From the NCBI GenBank assembly GCA_036517815.1, contig DATDST010000030.1, forward strand, positions 1 to 13,234: a stretch of DNA of 13,234 nucleotides, in the 5' to 3' direction. This document shows, in pieces, positions 5,801 to 12,236 of the stretch. This DNA is from Minisyncoccota bacterium (GTDB lineage Bacteria; Patescibacteriota; Minisyncoccia; Phycocordibacterales; Phycocordibacteraceae). Below the pieces are notes generated by a model. The model made no database searches. It was not told where the DNA came from and saw nothing but the letters and a program-made list of their open reading frames with translations. A program made the position numbers and the translations under genes. Every line of letters starts with the position of its first letter. The first letter of the stretch is position 1.

Positions 5801-6448
5801 ATGAAAGGACTTCACGATAACATAAAGTGGTTTCGTTCCAGTATATTCAGCGAGTACACGCTGTTACTTTTGGTTGTAGTGGGGTTGATGGGTTCTTTTT
5901 ACCTAGCCACCCAATTCGTATCAGATAAAACGCTAGTTGGCGAAGGAGAAAGTCAATCTGGCGATTATGTTTCTATACCAAGCATAGGTACAAGCGAAGA
6001 ATACGCAGAGTACGCGAAAACCTTTCAAATATATAAGAGTGATTTTGGATTTTCTTTTAAATATCCTCCGCATTTAGAGGTTTTTGAGTTTTGCGATAGT
6101 ACATGCTGGATAGTGCTTTCTGCAAAGGATGAGAGCGAAAGCGATGATAACAGTAAGATAATCGTAAGTGTTGCTGAAAATGATGAGCAAATGTCTGCAG
6201 AAGAATGGTTGTTAGGCCAATCCTCTGGCTACTCTCAATCAAAAGATGACTATGGCAACTACTATAAAACTCACATAGACGGGCAGGAAGCGGTCTATAC
6301 CGACGGTAGAATGTGGACAATCGTTAATACTCCGGACAATAAATATCGCTTGAGTATTGCCGATCTTTCACCAGGAAACGCTATGCCGCTTTTTTCGGAA
6401 ATGGGTATTGTCGTGGAATCTTTGACTTTCGTTAGTGAAAGAAAGTGA
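5801..6448 (+). CDS. Membrane-anchored hypothetical protein (215 aa) with an N-terminal TM helix and an acidic extracytoplasmic domain
   Basis: ATG start, same strand and same AT-rich composition as the upstream ORF. TM segment 'YTLLLLVVVGLMGSFYLATQF'. No catalytic motif recognised. Confidence 0.65.
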   Translation: MKGLHDNIKWFRSSIFSEYTLLLLVVVGLMGSFYLATQFVSDKTLVGEGESQSGDYVSIPSIGTSEEYAEYAKTFQIYKSDFGFSFKYPPHLEVFEFCDSTCWIVLSAKDESESDDNSKIIVSVAENDEQMSAEEWLLGQSSGYSQSKDDYGNYYKTHIDGQEAVYTDGRMWTIVNTPDNKYRLSIADLSPGNAMPLFSEMGIVVESLTFVSERK

Positions 6449-6581
6449 ATATGGTTTAACCACCAAAATTGCCCGCCCGAAATTCGCCAAAAGAAAACAG
6501 CGGAGCAAATGGAAAATTCCTCCTCATACTGGGTTTGGGGGGAATTCCGCCATGCCGGAGCGAATACAAAAAGAGGCCGCA

Positions 6582-6730
6582 CCCGCCGCCTGCTCTGTCA
6601 GGAGCAGAAGCCAGCCAAAAAGTTTTCTTTTCCTTTTAGAAGAAAAAAATTGGCGCGCGCAAATCAAAAAATGCGAGGAAAACTTTTTTGCTGGCTGGCG
6701 AGCGTTAGCGAGCGGCGGCGGGCTGGCTTC
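6582..6730. repeat. Nested and competing inverted repeats inside a ~450-nt ORF-free tract between convergent genes
   Basis: CCCGCCGCC (6582-6590) pairs with GGCGGCGGG (6714-6722). GCCAGCCAAAAAGTTTTC (6610-6627) pairs with GAAAACTTTTTTGCTGGC (6678-6695) at 17 of 18 positions. GAAGCCAGCC (6607-6616) pairs with GGCTGGCTTC (6721-6730). There is also a local hairpin, CTGCTC-loop-GAGCAG (6590-6607). Confidence 0.6.
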
Positions 6731-6897
6731 CTTAGTCGGGGTTCTGCTCAAAGAAAGTTCGCGCGAAGTGTATAATTACAGCACCAAAACAGAACTTAAC
6801 GGCTTTTTCAAAGCCAGAAGGTGGGACGCGATAGAAAAAACACCAACGCATAGAGCACACGCGGCAAGTAATTTTTTGTTTGACAGGTTGCCCATTT

Positions 6898-7986
6898 TTA
6901 ATTTGATGAAAACCACACATCATTTCGCCATTGCCAATTTGAATCCATGCCGCCGAAAACATAGATTCGATTATTGAAAATCAAAACGGAATGATCCTCC
7001 CGCCCGAGCCACGACGGATCAGTATTTGTTTTTTGCCACGTTATCCCATCATCGGAGTACCACACATCGTTCGCACCTCCTCCCTCAAAGTCATTCAATC
7101 TTCCGATAATCCACAGCGTGTCGTGGAATACAACGAGAGAGTGGCCTTGCCGTTCTTGCCATGGCGCCGAGGTGGTTACTGGTTTCCAATTAAACCCGTC
7201 AGACGACGACCACACATCCTTGAATATTTGGTCGGATAGATTCATGCCGCCCGCAAGAAATATTTTTCCGTTGAAAACGGCAGTAGCATGATCCCATCGC
7301 GGGCTCCATGGAATTGTTGTTGTCGCTTGGTGCCACAGAAGCCCGTCGTCTGAATACCACACGTCATTTTTTACTTCGTGCTTGTCATAATTAACTCCTC
7401 CGAATAGCCAAATCTTTCCCTGAAATGTTTCCGCAGTCTGTCCTTCTCTGGCTGGAAATTGAGCTTCCGAAATAACTTGTGTCCACACGATACCGTCGTC
7501 TGATTGCCAGACATCGCTGGTGTATCCGGTGATTGGACTCCACCCGCCGAACATCCATAATTTGTCGCGAAATGAGACGACTGACATTGACCTTCTGGGC
7601 GGCCATTCAGCTGTATCCTTCATCATTTCCCAATGCATCCCATCCTCGGTCGCCCATATATCGTTAAAGTGCGGAGCTTCCCAGTAGCGAACCGTGTGGT
7701 TAGTGGCGACTTCTTTGTCGCCGTTCAGGCCGCCCATTGTCCACATTTTGTTTTGGAAAACAAAACTGACAGCCGAATCTCTCGGCTGCCATTCGGCGGA
7801 TGAAGTCGCCTGCGACCACAAGAGCCGTGGTTCAAATTGTGGCACTTGCTGGTTTTCCGAAGACTGCTTCTGTGCGGAGGATCGCGCTTCATTATGCGAC
7901 AAGTAGAGGTATGCAGATAGTAACGAAACAAGAGTTGCCGCTGACAAAGCGAACCAAAGTAAAAACGAGTATTTAAAATTTTTCAT
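6898..7986 (-). CDS. Membrane-anchored or secreted six-blade Kelch-like beta-propeller protein (362 aa)
   Basis: N-terminal hydrophobic anchor 'FLLWFALSAATLVSLLSAYLYL'. Six repeats of about 47-50 aa with 'h-W-h-F/h-GG' followed by 'DVW-x-S-x-DG-x-x-W'. A terminal 'NDVWFSS' strand could close the propeller. Confidence 0.85.
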   Translation of the reverse strand: MKNFKYSFLLWFALSAATLVSLLSAYLYLSHNEARSSAQKQSSENQQVPQFEPRLLWSQATSSAEWQPRDSAVSFVFQNKMWTMGGLNGDKEVATNHTVRYWEAPHFNDIWATEDGMHWEMMKDTAEWPPRRSMSVVSFRDKLWMFGGWSPITGYTSDVWQSDDGIVWTQVISEAQFPAREGQTAETFQGKIWLFGGVNYDKHEVKNDVWYSDDGLLWHQATTTIPWSPRWDHATAVFNGKIFLAGGMNLSDQIFKDVWSSSDGFNWKPVTTSAPWQERQGHSLVVFHDTLWIIGRLNDFEGGGANDVWYSDDGITWQKTNTDPSWLGREDHSVLIFNNRIYVFGGMDSNWQWRNDVWFSSN

Positions 7987-7999
7987 GCTGGATTCATTA

Positions 8000-8159
8000 A
8001 GAGCCTATCCCAATAGGGTCTGCGTAACGAGCCAGTCATCCTGCGAGCGAGACGCGAGTCGGAGAATATAACGTATTAAATATACGATATATTCGAGACG
8101 AAGCGTCGTAGCCGCAGGATGGCTGGTGCAGTCGCAAAGTCCCTATTGGGATAGGCTCT
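8000..8159. repeat. ~160-nt imperfect rod-like hairpin (MITE-like element or structured ncRNA) between the Kelch gene start and tRNA-His
   Basis: A 19-bp perfect outer stem, AGAGCCTATCCCAATAGGG (8000-8018) with CCCTATTGGGATAGGCTCT (8141-8159). A 14-bp stem, 8032-8045 with 8113-8126, containing one T-G pair. Further 5-, 3-, 7- and 5-bp segments lead to the apex loop TAAAT (8077-8081). Confidence 0.7.
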
Positions 8160-8417
8160 AAGGCTAGCTTCCCATAATTCCCCTGGAAAATCCAGCGCAA
8201 AATCAAAAACCCTCAATGCTCTCCGTATCCCGAGACAACTTTTTAATTTTCTGCGGGGCGTGTTTGATGGAGACGAAAATTTCTCTTCGTACTATGCTCC
8301 AAAGATGGCGGAAGAAGTTGGGTTTAAAGATGTACAGGAGAAACCGTGTCTCAATGGAAAACACTGGAGAGAAAAGCGTGCATCTCTTCGGGAAAAGTGA
8401 TACTTTTAGCCGTTGAT

Positions 8418-8494
8418 GGTGGTCGTAGCTCAATTGGTAGAGCCCCAGATTGTGGATCTGGTGGTTACGGGTTCGAGCCCCGTCGATCACCCCA
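8418..8494 (+). tRNA. tRNA-His (anticodon GUG) with encoded G-1 and CCA
   Basis: G-1 (8418) sits opposite C73. Acceptor GTGGTCG/CGATCAC; D arm GCTC-AATTGGTA-GAGC; anticodon arm CCAGA-TTGTGGA-TCTGG; T arm ACGGG-TTCGAGC-CCCGT; then C-CCA. Confidence 0.93.
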
Positions 8495-9495
8495 TGAAAA
8501 GAATAAAAGCATTGCTCTGGGGCCGGATATATCTCTGGATATTTCGTCCTCTCTATAAACTGGAAAACATGTATCCGGTGTGGCGTTTTGTGAATCGCGA
8601 AGCGGTTCGGCATTTTCAACGCTTTGGAAGGAAACAGCTTTCTCCTGTGCAAGAGCGGATTGTCTCGGAACTACGAGAAACCGGCGTCTCTATAACGAGC
8701 CTTGAAGAGCTGTTTGGAAACGGAGAACAGACATTAGAAACGCTGGTTTCGTATGCCGGTTTTGAAAGTAAGAAAGGACGCATCAATCCAGTGAAGCCGT
8801 TCATTACTGAATATTTCGAAGAGAAACCCACAATAACGGCCGAGAATCCCTACGCGCGTCTTGTGCTAGATGAACGGGCGCTTTCTATAGTCGGCACCTA
8901 CATGGGCATGTCGCCCAGATTGTACGAATTCACTCTGACCGAAATCAAAGCGGTGCCAACCCGGACAGGGAAGGAAGGTTCCATGAAATGGCACCGCGAC
9001 CCGCACGATCTTCGCCTGTGCAAGATGTTTATCTATGTGTCGGATGTTGGACCGGAGAACGGCCCGTTTACCTACCTTAAGTACTCGAATTACAACAATA
9101 CATATCGGAGTCTTTTTCCGCAGGTGCCACCCTCCGGCATATACCCGCCAGCAGAAGAAGTAGAGAGGCGCATAGACCCGAAAGACCTATTGCAATGCAT
9201 GGGCAAGGCGGGCACCGTCGTTTTTGCCGACACGAGCGGGTTGCATTGGGGCGGGTATGTGAAGGAAGGGCATCGGCGGATGCTGACGGCAGGGTACATC
9301 CCGCCCAAGTCGTTTCTCGCGCGACAGATGGTTTACCAAGAGACTCTCGGCGAGGCATTGTCGCCGCTTCAGCGGTATGTTGCTCTTGCTCCGGAAAACC
9401 TCGCTTCGCGCGCGCTCTACATAACGCTCAAAGGCGCGCTCATGGGAGAAAAAAGTCTTGGCATTCACATCACCGGCATGAAAACGGAGATGTAG
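8494..9495 (+). CDS. PhyH-like Fe(II)/2-oxoglutarate-dependent oxygenase (putative)
   Basis: 'KWHRDPHD' supplies an H-x-D (codons 8992-9000), and a distal His lies in 'DTSGLHWGG' (9244-9246), in the arrangement of the 2-His-1-carboxylate facial triad. The track ORF (8413) runs through tRNA-His, so the start must be ATG 8494 (it shares its A with the tRNA CCA) or ATG 8569. Confidence 0.6.
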   Translation: MKRIKALLWGRIYLWIFRPLYKLENMYPVWRFVNREAVRHFQRFGRKQLSPVQERIVSELRETGVSITSLEELFGNGEQTLETLVSYAGFESKKGRINPVKPFITEYFEEKPTITAENPYARLVLDERALSIVGTYMGMSPRLYEFTLTEIKAVPTRTGKEGSMKWHRDPHDLRLCKMFIYVSDVGPENGPFTYLKYSNYNNTYRSLFPQVPPSGIYPPAEEVERRIDPKDLLQCMGKAGTVVFADTSGLHWGGYVKEGHRRMLTAGYIPPKSFLARQMVYQETLGEALSPLQRYVALAPENLASRALYITLKGALMGEKSLGIHITGMKTEM

Positions 9496-9513
9496 GCGGT
9501 ATATGCTTCCCGT

Positions 9514-10593
9514 ATGTTTCACTTCAAGGATTTTATAGTGCGTTACGAACGGTACCTTTCCGGAGCATCCTTGCTTGCCGGTTTTGTTGTTGATACTTTG
9601 ACTCTTCGGCGCGTTGATCTTTTGCCGGAAACGATACTTCTCTACAGCTACCTCGGTATTGCCGCCCTCGCGATTTTTCTCATACATCTCATGGAAGAAA
9701 ATGCCGCCGAGGGCGGTGTCGCCGCTCGTTTTGTCCCGTGGCTCACGTTTCTACTTCAGTTTACCTTCGGCGGGCTTTTCAGCGCGTTCCTTATTTTTTA
9801 TTCGCGCAGTGCTTCTCTTTCCGCAAGTTGGCCTTTCCTCGCTCTTTTGTTATTCGTTTTTGTCGGTACCGAGCTCTTCAAAAGGCATCACGCGCGGCTC
9901 GTCTTTCAGCTTTCAATTTTTTACTTTGCCATCTTCTCTTTTTGTGTGTTTTCCATACCGATCGCGGTCGGCGCTATCGGTTCGTGGGTATTTGTACTCT
10001 CCGGCGTCGTGAGTTTAGTTGTTTTTAGTTTATTTGTTTTTCTGTTACGCATTACCGGGCGCGCGCGTATTCGCGCGCGCATGCCCAGCATCGCCTTCAG
10101 TATCGGTGCGATTTTTATTCTCATCAACGTTCTGTATTTTTCAAATATCCTTCCGCCAATTCCTCTCGCACTCAAAGAAATCGGCATGTATCATTCCGTT
10201 TCCCGGACCGATGCCGCATATGTTCTCCTTGGCGAGGCGCCTCCGTGGTACCACGCTTTTTCGCGTCCCATCCTCCATATAACCGAAGGCGAGCCGCTCT
10301 ATGTTTTTGCGGCAGTTTTTGCGCCCGTTTCTCTCAAAACCGATGTCGTCCACCGCTGGCAGTACTACGACGCATCCGTGAAAATGTGGAAGGATTCCAC
10401 GGTCGTGCGGTTTCCCATGATCGGAGGACGCGACGGAGGGTATCGTGGATTTTCTCTCAAGTATGGCGTCACACCAGGGTTATGGCGGGTTTCTGTTGAA
10501 ACGCCGAACGGCCAGCTCATCGGCAGAACGACATTCACTGTTGAAAAGGTTTTTGAACTCCCCCCGCTCGAACAGACTTTTCGACAACATTAA
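9514..10593 (+). CDS. Polytopic membrane protein with a DUF2914-like C-terminal domain
   Basis: About 7 hydrophobic helices over the first ~210 aa. The C-terminal segment 'HRWQYYD...GGRDGGYRGFSLKYGVTPGLWRVSVETPNGQLIGRTTFTV' matches my memory of the DUF2914 pattern (H-x-W...GG..R.wS.k...G.W.V.v....G..l....F.V). The family call is from memory. Confidence 0.6.
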   Translation: MFHFKDFIVRYERYLSGASLLAGFVVDTLTLRRVDLLPETILLYSYLGIAALAIFLIHLMEENAAEGGVAARFVPWLTFLLQFTFGGLFSAFLIFYSRSASLSASWPFLALLLFVFVGTELFKRHHARLVFQLSIFYFAIFSFCVFSIPIAVGAIGSWVFVLSGVVSLVVFSLFVFLLRITGRARIRARMPSIAFSIGAIFILINVLYFSNILPPIPLALKEIGMYHSVSRTDAAYVLLGEAPPWYHAFSRPILHITEGEPLYVFAAVFAPVSLKTDVVHRWQYYDASVKMWKDSTVVRFPMIGGRDGGYRGFSLKYGVTPGLWRVSVETPNGQLIGRTTFTVEKVFELPPLEQTFRQH

Positions 10594-10637
10594 TCAATGC
10601 TTCCACGTTCTCACATTCTGGCGTGAATGCCATACTC

Positions 10638-10669
10638 CGTGAGATTCCCGCATACGCGGGAATCTCACG
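10638..10669 (+). promoter_or_regulatory. Perfect 14-bp hairpin in the 116-nt spacer before purA (terminator of the upstream gene or a purA leader structure)
   Basis: CGTGAGATTCCCGC (10638-10651), loop ATAC, GCGGGAATCTCACG (10656-10669). No U-tract follows. Confidence 0.4.
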
Positions 10670-10709
10670 TCGTTGAAACTTCCTCTCTCACCGCGTATAC
10701 TTCTCCTAC

Positions 10710-11711
10710 GTGGAAGCAGATATTGTTGTTGACTTGCAGTACGGGGATACCGGAAAGGGGAAAGTCACGCACTTCCTTGCTACGCAAAAGAAGTACACTC
10801 ATGTGCTCCGTTATAACGGAGGCTGTAACGCGGGGCATACTATTTTTCATAAAGGGAAGAAATTCGTCACCCACCATATTCCAGCGGGTGTTTTTTGGGG
10901 GGTGAAGTCAATCATAGGACCGGGATGCGTTCTCGATCCCGAGCAGTTTTTCAAGGAGTTGAGGGAGTTGAAGGCGGGCGGTGTACAGACAAAAGGAAAA
11001 ATATTTGTTGCCACCAATACGCACATTATCACCGCCGCGAACAAGACCGAAGACAGCAAGGACGCGCGAATCGGTACGACAAAACGCGGGAACGGACCGG
11101 CCTATCGGGATAAATATGGAAGAACAGGTATCCGCGCTGAAAACGTGCCCGCACTCAAGCCGTACCTCATTGATCTCTATGAGGAGTTTCATCGCACTTC
11201 AAAGAAAGTCGTTATTTTGGGCGAGGGGGCGCAGGGATTCGGTCTTGATATTGATTGGGGCGATTACCCGTACGTTACCTCAAGCCATTGCACGGCCGCG
11301 GGAGCGCTTTTAAACGGCATACCGCCCCATGCGCTTCGTCAGGTATGGGGAAGCGCCAAGATCTATGAAACCTATGTCGGCGCGAAGAAATTTGAACCCA
11401 ACGAACCGGTATTCGCAGAAATTCGCAGGACTGGAGAAGAATATGGCGCCACAACCGGTAGGCCGCGTCAGTGCAATTGGTTGAACATAAATCTTTTGGA
11501 ACGCGCCATCCGTATCAACGGGGTTACGCACATGGTGTTCAGCAAGATGGATGTCTTGCGCGATGTCGGGCAATGGGCAGTTATAGAAAAAGAGAAAACA
11601 ATCCGTTTCCCGAGCGAAGCGAAGATGAAGCAGTTTTTGCTTCGGCGGCTTGCGCTTCTCGACATCCGAAAATCCAACGTGTTCTTTTCGGAGAGTAAAG
11701 ACAAAATCTAG
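10710..11711 (+). CDS. purA: Adenylosuccinate synthase, compact 333-aa form
   Basis: All hallmark blocks are present: 'QYGDTGKGK' (P-loop), 'GGCNAGHT', 'GTTKRGNGPAYRDK', 'GEGAQGFGLDIDWGDYPYVTSS', 'TTGRPRQCNWLN', 'SKMDVL'. GTG start at 10710. Confidence 0.9.
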   Translation: MEADIVVDLQYGDTGKGKVTHFLATQKKYTHVLRYNGGCNAGHTIFHKGKKFVTHHIPAGVFWGVKSIIGPGCVLDPEQFFKELRELKAGGVQTKGKIFVATNTHIITAANKTEDSKDARIGTTKRGNGPAYRDKYGRTGIRAENVPALKPYLIDLYEEFHRTSKKVVILGEGAQGFGLDIDWGDYPYVTSSHCTAAGALLNGIPPHALRQVWGSAKIYETYVGAKKFEPNEPVFAEIRRTGEEYGATTGRPRQCNWLNINLLERAIRINGVTHMVFSKMDVLRDVGQWAVIEKEKTIRFPSEAKMKQFLLRRLALLDIRKSNVFFSESKDKI

Positions 11712-11717
11712 TTTCCC

Positions 11718-12236
11718 ATGGTACGCACCGTTTTTTCTCCTTCTGTTGTCCGGAGTTTTGTCTTTGGCGTTGAAGACAGTCTGGTGTCAACCGTCGGTCT
11801 GGTCTCGGGGGTCGCCGTTGCGGGTGTTTCAAGCGCAACCATCCTCTTGACGGGTATTATTCTGATTGTGGTCGAGGCGTTTTCCATGGCGGCAGGGAAT
11901 CTTATGGCGGAAAATACGCTTCGCGAGATACGTCTCCGCCGAATCACTATGCTCTCTGGGTCGATGATGCCCGCGTTCGTGATGTTCTTTTCCTATGCCC
12001 TTTCCGGATTTTTCGTACTGGCGCCGTATGCCGTGATTATGCCGAATCAGGCGCTTCCCCTGTCAATAGGTCTCTCGCTCTCTGCCTTGTTTGTCCTTGG
12101 AGTGGTTGCCGGCGAGCTTTCGCATACGTCGCGGCTACGAAATGGGATTATGATGGTTTCGGTTGGCGGGCTTGCAATCGCAATCGGCGTCGGCGCAAGC
12201 TTTCTCATTCAAGCATTCATCGGCACTCTTTCATGA
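11718..12236 (+). CDS. VIT1/CCC1-family (Fe/Mn transporter-like) membrane protein, short form (172 aa)
   Basis: 'FVFGVEDSLVSTVGLVSGVA' and 'EAFSMAAGNLMAENT' fit the VIT-family pattern (G-x-x-DG-L-V-S..L..G ... S-M-A-x-G-E-Y). Starts 6 nt after the purA stop. Confidence 0.72.
   Translation: MVRTVFSPSVVRSFVFGVEDSLVSTVGLVSGVAVAGVSSATILLTGIILIVVEAFSMAAGNLMAENTLREIRLRRITMLSGSMMPAFVMFFSYALSGFFVLAPYAVIMPNQALPLSIGLSLSALFVLGVVAGELSHTSRLRNGIMMVSVGGLAIAIGVGASFLIQAFIGTLS

Larger units (their letters stand above)
4986..6450 (+). other. AT-rich two-gene island directly 3' of tRNA-Leu (possible horizontally acquired segment)
   Basis: Hand counts of sample 60-nt lines give about 25-43% G+C here, against about 58% in a sample line of a flanking gene. 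The composition changes right after the tRNA and reverts after the stop at 6448. I saw no integrase and no flanking direct repeat. Confidence 0.4.

Noticed and set aside
6440-6600. Direct repeat of the tRNA-Leu 3' end that would delimit the low-GC island (attR)
   Set aside because: The only match is a 5-nt CACCA at about 6460-6464, which is not significant. The island boundary therefore rests on composition alone.
6590-6616. SRP (4.5S) RNA-like string GTCAGG...AGAAGCCAGCC
   Set aside because: It only loosely resembles the domain IV consensus (GUCAGGUCC-GGAA-GGAAGCAGCC). There is no GNAR tetraloop helix between the two halves and no matching symmetric loop.
6801-6815. GGCTTT-TTC-AAAGCC hairpin as the Kelch gene terminator
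   Set aside because: The stem is only 6 bp. It lies 83 nt beyond the stop and has a weak T-run on the - strand. It is plausible but not supportable as a feature.
6435-6977. ORFs 6435-6977 (+), 6509-6775 (+), 6524-6751 (-) and 6732-6962 (-)
   Set aside because: They overlap one another. They are extremely basic or low-complexity, span the inverted repeats, and at the right end run antisense into the Kelch gene. I treat them as noncoding.
8203-8652. ORF 8203-8652 (-) and small ORF 8216-8416 (+) upstream of tRNA-His
   Set aside because: The - strand ORF runs antisense through tRNA-His and the oxygenase start. The 66-aa + ORF has no motif or ribosome-binding site and ends at the tRNA. A small protein cannot be excluded, but there is no positive evidence for one.
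9187-9687. Long antisense or overlapping ORFs within confirmed genes (for example 9187-9687 -, 2617-3054 -, 3413-3787 -, 3618-4028 +, 12254-12658 -)
   Set aside because: Each lies opposite or out of frame to a gene with strong family motifs and has Arg/Ser/Cys-rich, motif-free translations typical of shadow ORFs in GC-moderate DNA.
10594-10709. Purine riboswitch, T-box or Mn riboswitch controlling purA/VIT/TerC
   Set aside because: The purA leader has a single simple hairpin and none of the conserved riboswitch cores that I can recognise. There is no leader at all before the VIT or TerC genes.
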